Origin: Octopus vulgaris
Lineage: Eukaryota
Length of the DNA stretch: 64,000 bases
Direction of reading: 5' to 3'
NCBI GenBank assembly: GCA_951406725.2
Contig: OX597835.1
Span: forward strand, 4,960,001-5,024,000
Shown piece by piece: positions 1-13,018 of this stretch. The notes under the pieces are model-generated. The model had not been told where the DNA came from, made no database searches, and worked only from the letters and a program-made list of their open reading frames with translations. Numbering within the stretch: the first letter of the stretch is position 1; every line of letters begins with the position of its first letter. Made by a program: the position numbers and the translations under genes.

Positions 1-1196
1 TTTAGTTTCTAGTTCTTGCTTCCACCCATTGTTTGAAGACAGGTTCTGTTAGCAGTTAAATTTTAGATTTAAGCATGTTACCAATAGTGTACTGACTTCA
101 TGGCTACACCACTGTATGGTTCCTGGTACCAGGCATTGCTTCAGAAGCTTGTGATCTCGGGTTTGATCACTGTGCATGTCACCTTTAACAAGGGGTTTCT
201 ACTATAATGTCAAACTGCTCAATATCTTGTCAGTGGAAGTCAGTCAACTACAACTGCCATATATGTGTATGTATGTGTATATATATATGTATATATATAT
301 ATGCATGCATGTATGTATGTCATCATTTAACGTCCATGTTCCATGCTGGTAAGGGTTGACTGGTTTGACAAGATCCAGTGAGTCCAAGAACTGTCTTATG
401 TTCCAACATCTGCTTTGAGATGGTTTCTATGGCTGGATTTGTCCCTAATGCTAACCACTTTCCTGTGTGCCATCGGTGCTTTTTCTGTTTGTGCCACATG
501 CACTACTGAGGTCACCATGCAGCTCTCAAGAGTGCAAACCCCAAAGCAAAGTGGGGTCAATTTCATACTGGGGATTGATGAGGTACAACATGAAAGAGGG
601 GTGCAGGAAGGCTCTTGTAGAAGAGCTGCTTGGCTGTTCACATTTAGTAGAGGAAGAAGAGAATAATCAGTGGGAGTGGTAAAGAGATAGACAGGAGGTG
701 TGGTATCCAGGCACAAGATAAGTAGAACTGAGTAGATGGAGCTGTCGCATGACTGTATGGGAAACAGAAGATGAGGGGACAGGGTGGGAGCCTGCTGCTG
801 TAAAAGAAGTTGGGTAGAGTTGAAGGGTGATGATTGATGAATTGGGGAAGACAGGGAGATGCAGAAGGAAGTAGGTGGAGAGGAGAATGGCAAGATAGTA
901 ATGATACAGTAGACAGAGAAAGGAGGACAAGAGAAAGATATGACAAGATGGAATTAAGCTGTGGGAGCAGGGAGGAGGGGTAGGCATAATAATGTGTGAT
1001 AAAATGTAGTTTCGTTCATTTGAAGGAGGTGAGAGAGAATCAGTTTAACATATGAGTGGAGAACACACGATGTACAAAACTTCAAGGATTTGTTCTCTGT
1101 AGAGATCTTTCATTCATTCACTATTTAACACCCAATTCTAATCTTGGCAAACGTTCTTTCATTATATCATTTGTATTATAAAACCATTCAAATGAT

Positions 1197-1358
1197 GCGC
1201 AGGAGTGGCTGTGTGGTAAGTAGCTTGCTAACCAACCACATGGTTCCGGGTTCAGTCCCACTGCGTGGCATCTTGGGCAAGTGTCTTCTGCTATGGCCCT
1301 GGGCCGACCAATGCCTTGTGAGTGGATTTGGTAGACGGAAACTGAAAGAAGCCCGTCG

Positions 1359-1391
<33 letters not shown>

Positions 1392-1609
1392 TTGTGTGTC
1401 TGTGTTTGTCCCCCTAGCATTGCTTGACAACCGATGCTGGTGTGTTTACGTCCCCGTTACTTAGCGGTTCGGCAAAAGAGACCGATAGAATAAGTACTGG
1501 GCTTACAAAGAATAAGTCCCGGTGTCGATTTGCTCGACTAAAGGCGGTGCTCCAGCATGGCCGCAGTCAAATGACTGAAACAAGTAAAAGAGTAAAAAGA
1601 GTAAAGAGT
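1197..1609 (+). mobile_element. tRNA-headed SINE family A (about 400 bp, internal (TA)n(TG)n, GTAAAAGA tail)
   Basis: A/B-box head GCGCAGGAGTGGCTGTGTGGTAAG...GGTTCAGTCCC; many copies in window. Confidence 0.85.
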
Positions 1610-1734
1610 ATGCAAAATACACAAGAAAATGCAATCACTAATATTGAAATAAATTATTCATAAGTACTTTGTTTCATTGTGGTTATAACTAAGGTTTTTA
1701 GGGGAGAAATAATAGAAATTGAATAGTAGTAGTA

Positions 1735-2115
1735 GGAGCACTCCGTCGGTTTCAACGATGAGGGTCCCAGCTGATATGATCAACGGAACAGCTTGCTCGT
1801 GATATTAACGTGCAAGTGGCTGAGCACTCCACAGACACGTGTATCCTTAACGTAGTTCTCGAGGAGATTCAGCGTGACACAGAGTGTGACAAGGCTGGCC
1901 CTTTGAAATACAGGTACAAGAGAAACAGGAAGAAAGAGTGAGAGAAAGTTGTGGTGAAAGAGTACAGCAGGGTTCACCACCACCCCCTGCCGGAACCTCA
2001 TGGAGCTTTAGGTGTTTTCGCTCAATAAACACTCACAATGCCCGGTCTGGGAATCGAAACCACGATCCTCCGACCGCGAGTCCGCTGCCCTAACCACTAG
2101 GCCATTGCGCCTCCA
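1735..2115 (-). mobile_element. tRNA-Arg-like-headed SINE family B
   Basis: Head GGAGGCGCAATGGCCTAGTGGTTAGGGCAGCGGACTCGCGG...TTCGATTCCC; TSD AGAAATTGAATA (1714-1725 and 2117-2128). Confidence 0.88.
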
Positions 2116-2244
2116 CAGAAATTGAATACATAAATATGTGTATGTATATATAGATATAAACAGATATATGATTAATGAAAAACAATTAAATTAACTTTGT
2201 TTTATTTTTGTTTCCTCTTTGTGTTTTTGTTGTTTCTCATGAAG

Positions 2245-2474
2245 ATCCACCAAGTCTGATGTTTGCTTCACCAACTGTGAATGTTTCGAGGAAAGACCAC
2301 AAGATTCAATGCCATTTGCCAAATCTTTCCAAAAATGTAACCAATGCAACGTACTATGTTAGATGGATGCTAAATGAAGATATTGTTGACCAAACGACTT
2401 TGATTGCAAACGGAAGTCAGAAAGTCGTTACTCTTGATGATAAACTTACATCAAACATGTTATATGGAACTCAG
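2245..2474 (+). CDS. Exon 1 (module 1, exon a; Ig-like)
   Basis: gaag|ATCCA...TCAG|gtaaat; phase 1-0; DPPSLMFASPTVNVSRKDHKIQCHLP...YYVRWMLN...LYGTQ. Confidence 0.85.
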
Positions 2475-3008
2475 GTAAATTGACACATTAACCTGTATTA
2501 TTGTTGTTGTTCTTATTGTTGATTAAGCAAAAGTCAAACCTGTTGGCTCCAAGGCATTCCACTCATGACAATACATTTTCATATTTTTGTTTTTGCTATG
2601 CTTTCATCATCATCATCATCATCATCATCATTTAGCGTCCGCTTTCCATGCTAGCATGGGTTGGACGGTTCAACTGGGGTCTGTGAAGCTGGAAGGCTTC
2701 GTCAGGCCCAGTCAGAATCTGGCAGTGTTTCTACGGCTTGATGCCCTTCCTAACGCCAACCACTCCGTGAGTGTAGTGGGTGCTTTTTATGTACCACTGG
2801 CACAGGTGCCAGACAGAGCTGGCAAACGGCCACGAACGGATGGTGCTTTTACGTGTCACTGGCTTTATGAATGAAATTTCATGGGTGAAAACTACAGAAT
2901 CCCATTGTATGTGTGTGGGTGATGGAGACTGAAGAATGAGTGAAATGAGTTGACAATAGTCTTCTTAGCTGCATTTTCAGGGTTATGACTAACCATATTA
3001 AACTCTGA

Positions 3009-3049
<41 letters not shown>

Positions 3050-3609
3050 TTAATGTCCATCTTCCATGCTGGCATGGGTTGGACGGTTTGACAGGAGCTT
3101 GCCAGAGAGAAGACTATCCCAGGCAACTATGTCTGTTTTGGCTTGGTTTTTATGATTAGATGCCATTCCTAACACCAATCAACCCACTCATAAAGTGGAC
3201 TGAGTACTTTTACGTGGCACCAGCGCAAGTGAGGTTAGTTTTCACGTAACTTTTACAGCTGGATGCCCTTCCAAATGCCAACCGCTTCACAATATGGACT
3301 GGATGCTTTTTATGTGGCACCAGCACTGGAAGGGTCACCAAGTACCTTGGAAGACAATAAATTTTGAGAAGAGACTGGACATTGGAGGAGGTGATCTTGT
3401 GTCAGATGATGAAGGTTAGAGTGTAACAGAGAGACAGAGAAGCAGAAACAGATGTCTTGCTATAGAGGAGGTACATAATTACCCAGCCAGTGAGAGGGAG
3501 AGTGGAGAAGAGGAAGAGATATTATTGTATATTTTTAGTAAGACATTGTTGGGTAGGTGTAAGAAGCTGAATCGTGACATATATATATGTATATATATGT
3601 ATGTATGTA

Positions 3610-3663
<54 letters not shown>

Positions 3664-4764
3664 TGTGTCTGTGTTTGTCCCCCCAACATCACTTGACAAC
3701 CGATGCTGGTGTGTTTACGTTCCCGTAACTTAGCAGTTTGGCAAAAGAGACCGATAGAATAAGTACTAGGCTTACAAAGAACAAGTCCTGGGGTCGATTT
3801 GCTCAACTAAAGGTGGTGCTTCAGCATGGCCACAGTCAAATGACTGAAACAAGTAAAAGAGTAAAGAGTAATCTATGTGCTTTGCTAGTTCACCAGTCAG
3901 CTGCAATAGGATGTGATGGAGGTGACTCAATCGTCATAGAGACAATTCACCCCTATTCCCATTCAGGAGCGATGGACATCAATGTTTCACCATTTTTGTG
4001 GTTTATCAACATCATGAACTGAAGGTAAATTGAATAGCTTATCCATGACTATATATAGAATGGTGTAAGTACCATCTGCTGGTATGCCTGAACAATGGAT
4101 ACATAGGAATAAACTCAAATATGAATTCGAAGCAGCATGAGTGTTGGAAGCATTACCGAATACAATTACAAAATGCATGTGATTTGAGTACATGTGCATC
4201 ATTATCATCTTCATCATCATCACCATCTTTAACGTCCACCTTCCATGTTGTCATGTGTTGGACGGTTTGACAACTGGCCAGGTAGAAGACTACCCCAAGA
4301 CGTCTGTGTCTATTTTGACACAGTTTTTGCAACTGGATGTCCTTCATAACACCAACCACCCAACAAATATATTTTCCTCTGCTCTATTTCATTTTGTCTA
4401 TTTATCTCTTTTTATTTGGTGTTTTTATTTCAGGTTAGATGTAGTGTTTCCATCTGTGAGAAAAACGATTGCCTGAACAGCAGCGTCTCTGAAAAAATCA
4501 GTGAACCATTAACTCTGTCAATAGAGGTCAGTTTCTAAACATTGAAAAAATTCTCAGATTCCATATTTCACTTCCAATAATAGCATTTTCTAGTTGTGTT
4601 TTTATTTTCATTTATTCATTCTGAATATATATTTGTTGCATATGTCAAACAAAACATATGATAAGTAGTTTTGCATTGAAACATTTTTAATTCTTGTTAA
4701 TGAAGTTAATATAGCATCAAATATGCTTTACTGTATGTGCGTATGTGTGTGTGTGTGTGTGTGC

Positions 4765-4813
<49 letters not shown>

Positions 4814-5454
4814 GGTCTAGAGTCAAAACTTCCAATGAATTTTGGATGATATATTCTGCTGTCCATCAGCTCTCCGTGACCAAGGCTAAATTGACCAAAG
4901 GTGAATGAAATTAAAGTAACAGCTTTCAAGGTAACTGACCATTATCTGCTAGAATATACTGTCTTTGTTTCACTAAACTTGTGGAATAAAGAAGAATTTA
5001 GTAAAATAGTCCTGCCATTATGTTTGGAATATTAATAATTTGGAATTTTATTGGAAAGGTTTAATTTAACCCTTTAGTGTTCAGATTATTCTATCAAACA
5101 TAATGCTTATTGATTCCCATTGATTTGAATTAATCATGAATTATCTCATATCTTCAAGATCTTGATGGTGTAATTACTTAATGTAGAATAACATTGTAGG
5201 GTAGGTGTGAGAGCCTGGATCTGGTCAGTTTGAGCATAAAACAGATTAAATATTTTGGCCAGATACGTCCGGTTTAAATACTAAAGGGTTAAATCCATCT
5301 AAGCCAGGAAGTTTGTACTGTAGAGCCAAGGTGGGTATCAAAAGGGTTTAAACCCTTGTAGGCAATTGATGAATATACTTTCAGCTGTTTTTCTTTCCTC
5401 AGATGTCTTTAATAGTATTGTTTTGCTGTACATCATGAAGGAGATATATTTGCA

Positions 5455-5514
<60 letters not shown>

Positions 5515-5897
5515 AACAGGGAGTTTAAATTCCAATGTGGTAGACTTTGCTTTTCATCCTTTCAAGGTTTATAAAATAAATACAAGTTGAGCAACAGGTG
5601 GATGTAATTGACATACCCCCATCCTGAAATTGCTGGCCTTGTGCCAAAATTTGAAACCATTATCAGTATTATTATTATTAAGGTGGCAAAGTCACAGAAT
5701 CATTAGCACTCCAGATGAAATGCTTAGCAACATTTTGTCCATGTTTATGTTCTGAGGTTCAAATTCTGCTGAATTCGACTTTGCCTTTCATTCTTTTGGG
5801 GTTGATAAAATAAGTACCAGTTGAACATTGGGATTGATGTAATTGATTTACATCCACCCTCGAAAATGCTGGCCTTGTACCAAAATTATTATTATCA

Positions 5898-5961
<64 letters not shown>

Positions 5962-6079
5962 TATTATTATTATTCAGTAGTTTTATTTTTATAGCGTGCT
6001 TTCACTTCACTACCGAGCGCAGCTCTGTGTGCCTTGGATATTACTATTATTACTATTATTACTATTATTATTATTATTA

Positions 6080-6135
<56 letters not shown>

Positions 6136-6990
6136 GTTATTATTATTGTTATTAAAATTTTTTTTCTCCAGGTAATTTCACCAAAGTATATTGAGTTGAT
6201 GGAAGGCACTAATTCTACGGATATCTTACTTACAACATCAGTTCCAGCATCTTTGTACTGTGGGGAGTTTTGTAGCATTCGTGTATCAGTTGCTCTTGTG
6301 GAAACAGAAAATGGACATAGATGTGGGAAGAAAGTTGCTCAAGCTACAACTTTATTGAAAGGCATGAAATGCATGTACGAGATACCCAAAGACAAATGGT
6401 GGTTACCCCTGGCAATACCATTCAAGGCCAAAAATGATATGATTTCAGACCCAGACCAAACTAGAGATCTCAAACTGACTGTAAACGTCTATCAGAATAA
6501 TTCACTTGTAAAAAACCTGAAACAGGAAACTTTAAAGGTAAATCCCATTGTAGTTGTTATTCGTTCAGTGGTCTTAGTCAGTCTTTTGATGTGTGGCCAT
6601 GCTAGAGCATCATCTTCTAAGCTTTTAGTTGATGATAGCATCCCTTAGATTTATTGGCATTGACTGTGAATTGATGAAAAGGAAAACAGTTCTGCGTGAG
6701 ATTTTAACTCAGGATATCAAAAGGATTGATACCTTAGCTTCCTCCTTAATGTGTGCCAACACACATACATGCACACACACACATACACACACACACACAC
6801 ATGTGTATGCACACAGACAAACACACACACACTTACACACACACACACACATACATGCATACATACATAGCTGATTTGAAGACTACAGATCCAATTCATC
6901 ACTGGAACTTTAAAAATCTGTAAAACTTTCCAGAAGTTTATCATTTACGTATATATGAGCATGTCTAGATATACAGCTATATACATGAGA

Positions 6991-7024
<34 letters not shown>

Positions 7025-10000
7025 AAAACAAAATATACAAATCTGCACATGTACATACATACAAAAATACCCTGTTGATGTTGAAATTCCAATGAAGGAG
7101 CTTTGGATCTTGGTTAGAAACCAACTCTGTGTGTGTTTTACATGGTACTGGAACAAGTGCTTTTTATATGGCACCAGCAATGACAGAGTCACCAAGTAAC
7201 ATGACAATTGGCAAGAAATCCTGAAATAAAACTGAATAATATATGGGCACAGGAGTGGCTGTGTGGTAAGTAGCTTGCTTACCAACCACATGGTTCCAGG
7301 TTCCTTCCCACTGCGTGGCACCTTGGGCAAGTATCTTCTACTATAGCCTCGGGCTGACCAAAGCCTTGTGAGTGGATTTGGTAGACAGAAACTGAAAGTA
7401 GACTGTCGTATATATGTATATATATATATATGTATGTGTGTGTATATGTTTGTGTGTCTGTGTTTGTCCCCCCAACATCGCTTGACAACCGATGCTGGTG
7501 TGTTTACATCCCCGTAACTTAGTGGTTCGGCAAAAGAGACCAATAGAATAAGTACTAGGCTTACAAAAAATAAGTCCTGGGTCGATTTTCTCGACTAAAG
7601 GCATTGCTCCAGCATGGCTGCAGTCAAATGACTGAAGCAAGTAAAAGAGTAAAGAGAGTAAGAGTATATAGCTATTATGTCTGTGTGTGCGTGTGTGCGT
7701 GCCATCATCATTTTATGTCCATTTTTCTTTGCTGGCATGGATAGTTTGGCTAGAGCTAGCAAGCCAAAGAGCTGCACCAGGTTCCAGTTGTGTGTTTTAA
7801 CAAGGTTTCTATGTCTGGATGCCCTTCCTAATACCAACCACTTTAAAAAGTGTACTAGGTGTGTTTTACGTGGTACTGGAACAAGTGCTTTTTATGTGGC
7901 ACCAGCACTGACAGGGTCACTGAGTAATGTGCAAGACAAAAAAAATTCCCCTTCAGCTGGGAGGACTGTATGAACTAAGGTGGTTTAGTATATCAGCTCT
8001 GCTATGGTCTGTGTGTCTAAGCTGTTGGCATTTAGAGGAGCCTCTAGTCTTTGACTGGGGACATTGGTACATAATGCAGTCCTCCATCTAATCAAACCTT
8101 GTCAAACCATTCACTCCATGGTTGATTGGAAGCCAGACTTTAAACGATGATATATTATCTTTGTTGCTCATGATGTGATACATTATGGGTGAGGGCGGTG
8201 GTTCTTTTAGAAAATCAAAATGCAGCATCGGATGAAAATAGTTGAGAAACCCTGAGTTGGATACTTCTTTGTAGCTCACATCTTCAGAAATATAACAATC
8301 CAGTGATTAGTCCAGTGAAAATTAGAATCCAGTAAACACTACTGTTAACAAATTGCTATTTAGAAGAATTAAATAAGTTAAGCACTAAGTACATGACTTG
8401 AGTAACACTTGGTTCTGATATTAAATGTTATAAACACCAATTTGAGACTGGAAAGAACAGGTCCACTTGTATAGTTCAGAATTCATGCTTATTAGATGTA
8501 AAATGATCACATTACCAACTATTTCACAACAGAATACACTGTTAATTTTCTTACATATTTGAAATTTTCAGTTGAAGATTATCAACAGAGACAGACAAGC
8601 TGTTTGTATAGCTTTCTCACCAATTATAACAAACTTCAATTACAGGTACAGTACCTTACTTCATTTTGCATATTTTTGTTTTTAAATCTTGGAAGCCCTG
8701 ACACATATTTTGCCCTTTTTGGTGTGCAGAAAGGGAAGTAGTTTGTGAATGGAGAAATGAAAGAGAAGTGTGTAATGGTCAGATGGTGGTGACCCCCTTC
8801 GGTCAGACACTGACCATGGGTTTGCACCTAGAGAGTTACCATCTGAGGCACAAGTCTGGGCAAGGTTGTTTTATGGAAGACCAGCAGTCGCCCATGCATA
8901 CCGGCCTCCCCCCTCCACGTCACCGATGTTGTCCAAGGGAAAGGCAAGGGCCGATACAGCTTGGCACCTGTGACGTTGCAACTCATTTCTACAGCTGAGT
9001 GAACTGGAGCAATGTGAAATAAAGTGTCTTGCTCAAGAACACAATACGCAGCCCGGTCCGGGATTCGAGCTCACAACCTCACGATCGTAAGCTCGACGCT
9101 CTAACCACTGAGCCACGCGCCTTCACAATGGTCATAATAGGAATGGATAAATGGTGGTATGAGCTTTAAGGTAGTAAAAGTGATGTGAATCAAAGTAGAA
9201 AGAAGAAAAGCATTGTATGGTGAAATACATGAAATTGTAGAAGAAAGAAAATCATTGTAAACGAAGGGTTGAAATACATGTCAATGGCTAAGGTAAGAAA
9301 GGAGTTGTACATGATGTGGCAGAAAAGGCTTGGAGTTGATGTCAGGGCGGCGAGCTGGCAGAGTCATTAGCACCGCCTCGACTGGCTTCGGTGCAGGTGG
9401 CACGTTCTGAGTTCAAATTCCGCCGAGGTCGACTTTGCCTTTCATCCTTTGCAGGGGTCGATTAAATAAGTACCAGTTACGTACTGGGGTCGATATAATC
9501 GACTTAATCCAGTTTGTCTGTCCTTGTTTGTCCTCTCTATGTTTAGTCCAACCCTTGTGGGTAGAAAAGAAATAAAAACGAATGATATGCATCAGATGGA
9601 ATAGTAGGTATTGAGGAGGTGATAAAAGAGATAGGGATTATGTATTTGCAGCTAGATTTATTTAGAACAAGTCTTATGGTCCTCTAACACTTTAAAATTT
9701 CAATAGAGAATCTATTTGCTTACAACAAATTTTCTCTCAAATTTTCATCATACAGTTGAAATTCCAATGTGATGAAACAGATGTCAGATACATTCAAATG
9801 ATGATGTTTAGGATAAAAATGATAAACGTTGCCCTTTTTAAGCCAAGCCAGGCTCATGGGCCCGGTTTCCTGGTTTCTGTGGCGTATGTGTTCCCCCCCA
9901 GCTGGACGGGACACCAGTCCATTGCTGCGTTACTCAAGAAACAGGAAGAGGGAGTGAGAAAAAGTTGTGGCAAAAGAGTACAACAGAGGTCGTCACCACC

Positions 10001-12984
10001 CCCTGCCGGAGCCTCGTGGGGCTTTTAGGTGTTTTTGCCCAATAAACACACTCAACGCTTGGTCTGGGAATCGAAACTGCGATCCTCCGACCGCAAGTCC
10101 GCTGCCCTAACCAGTGGGCCATTGTGCCTCTACGATGTTTAGGATGCTATTGCAATATTCAAACTATTAATATAGTTTAAGGCTTCAAACATGTGACTAT
10201 ATTTAAATAGATGTTTCAATTAACAAATCAATTTATGTTGTTAAAACACCCTTAATTTTTCAATTAAATACTACATTTACTCGACATTTATACCTTATTT
10301 ATTTTTATATATTTGAACAGCTTTTATGAATTTCCATATGCAGGAGAATTCCTACTCTACCATAACAGACAGTTTCAACATAAGGTTTGTGTATTTTGGG
10401 TGTAAAAACTTTTATCTTCATTTTTTTTTTGTTCCACTTTGGTTATCGAAAAATACCTTAGGAATGAGAACCCAGGTTCGAAATTTCCTCAAGACACCTG
10501 AAGAAGTCTGGAGGGTATATCAGCTGAAATGTTGTGTTAACAACAAACGAGGTGAGGACAAATATCCATCGAATGTCAATAATGAAACAAATAAAAGAAT
10601 ATATATATCAATATATATGGAAGCACTCCGTCGGTTACGACGACAAGGGTTCCAGTTGATCCAATCAACGGAACAGCCTGCTCGTGAAATTAATGTGTAA
10701 GTGGCTGAGCATTCCACAGACACGTGTACCCTTAACGCAGTTCTCGGGGATATTCAGCGTGACACAGAGAGCGACAAGGCCGGCCCTTTGAAATACAGGT
10801 ACAACAGAAACAGGAAGTAGGAGTGAGAGAAAGTTGTGGTGAAAGAGTACAGCAGGGATCACCACCATCCCTGCCAGAGCCTCATGGAGCTTTTTAGGTG
10901 TTTTCGCTCAATAAACACTTACAACGCCCGGTCTGGGAATCGAAACCGCAATCCTACGACCGTGAGTCCGTTGCCCTAACCACTGGGCCATTGCGCCTCC
11001 ACATCAATATATATATGAGGCAAGTGAAAGCAAAATTGAAGTCGAAATCAAATGCGGTGACTGGAATCCGTTGCTAGTGGAGCGCTAAGAGTACCATACG
11101 AGTGAGATCGTTGCCAGAGCAACAATTTGGCCTTCGTGCTGATGGCACGTTAAACACACCATTTGAGCGTGATTGTTACCGCGTCGCCTTACTAGCACTT
11201 GTGCTTGTGGCACGTGAAACATTTGAACGAGGTCGTCACCAGTGCAACTGGACTGGCTCCTGTGCAGGTGGCACATAAAAAGCACCATTTGGGCGTGGCC
11301 GATGCCAGTACCACCACACAGGCCCTCGTGCCGGTGGCACGTAAAAGCATCCACTACATTCTTGGAGTGGTTGGCATTAGGAAGGGCATCCAACTGTAGA
11401 AACATTGCCAGATCAGATTGGAGTCTGGTTCACCAGACCTCAGTCAAATCGTCCAACCCATGCTAGCATGGAAAGCGGACGTTAAATGATGATGATGATA
11501 TACATACATACATATATATATATATATATCTTTATATATAAAAGTAAGGTTGTGTGTCTGTCTACTCCGATTTAGATTCCTAACTACTCCCACATTTTGC
11601 AGTGCAGTTTAACTAAAACTGGGTATCTTATAGTCGTGATTCATATCGAGCCCTTCTGGGTATTAGCGCGCATCTACGATGAGTCTACGATTTTAAAAAT
11701 AATTTACCATCATTTTTTCCATTTTAATGCAATTTTTTCGCTAAGGGAAGTAACTCTCTAAAAATGTCTACGATGAGTCAACGATTTTTAAAAAAAATTA
11801 CCATCATATTTTTTCCATTTTTAATGCATTTTTTTGCTATTTTTTGGCTATAACTCTCTAAAAATGCTTTATAGTTATTTCCCTTACAAACCCGAGCAAC
11901 GCTGGGCAATACTGCTAGTATATATATAAAATCACTTTATCAATAAATAATCACTTTAAATACCTCATCACCACTTGATATATATATCTATTTAAATATA
12001 TGCTGCATTATGCTCCATATCTTTTCAGGTCCATATCTTTAACAGATATTGCAAGAACAAGGCTACTTGCACTTGTGCTATCGGTGTACAATCTGGTGTT
12101 GATGTTGTTGTCTTTAACCGATGTTCCCCAGATCTTGATTCCCAAACATGGACGCCATTCCAACTGAAGTCTTATTTAAAGAATGGAGCAAACTTCTCAG
12201 ATGGAACAGAAATAAGAAGAATCGCTGATGGCAAAATCTATAAGGTATATAACTGATTTCTTTTAACTGTGTAGCATAACAAAATAATTTGTTAAAGAAT
12301 GGAGTGGAGTGTAACCAGATAAAGTTCTCCCAGTATATTACTGGTATTCATCGTTAATCAGTCACTAGGTTGAAAGAGATTTACATCAATGGAGAGAAGG
12401 CAACTAAAAACATGAAAACATTTTAGTTAAATGGTCCTGTAGTCTCCAAAGTATCTCACTGTCTTAATGAATTATAGAATTACAGATGCATAGTATTAAT
12501 TGAAAACAATTATTGATTAATAATATTAGTTTATAATATTATTTGTTCTACGTACTTCTCGAGACTTTTGCTCACTGTTCCCAGGGCTCCGACAATTATT
12601 GGTACTACTGCTACCTTTTTCATCGACCACAACTGCTTAACTTTCCAAGCTAACCTGGTTAGCTTGGGAAATTATTATTATTATTACTATTATTATTATT
12701 ATTATTATTATCATTCTTATTATTATTATCATTATTATTATTATACTATGCAACCTTACCTGTAACTAAATCAGATATTTACAAACAATTTATTTGGCAG
12801 GTAATTTTCTCAACTGGAACTGTGGTAACTGTCAATGTCGGTACAATACCTCACTACATCAGTGCTAGAATTGAAGCCTCACCTAGTGATTTACAAAACA
12901 CCGAAGGTAAGAAACTAAAAATTTAACTTTGTTTTGTAATTAAAAAAAAAATTGAATTAAAATTTAAGAGTATCTAGATTCAAT

Positions 12985-13018
<34 letters not shown>

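Noticed and set aside
396-987. Several 70-165-aa ORFs
   Set aside because: Low-complexity purine-rich tail of a decayed repeat; no domain features or splice support.
1144-2032. Recurrent ORFs such as EDTCPRCHAVGLNP and VLFHHNFLSL
   Set aside because: Chance translations of SINE families A and B that recur at each copy.
2040-2115. tRNA-Arg-like sequence (and equivalents in other copies)
   Set aside because: SINE head: acceptor stem does not pair, and it continues into a repeat body with TSDs.
6034-6171. Poly-Ile N-terminus resembling a signal or TM segment
   Set aside because: Intronic (ATT)n; the real exon starts at the acceptor before 6172.
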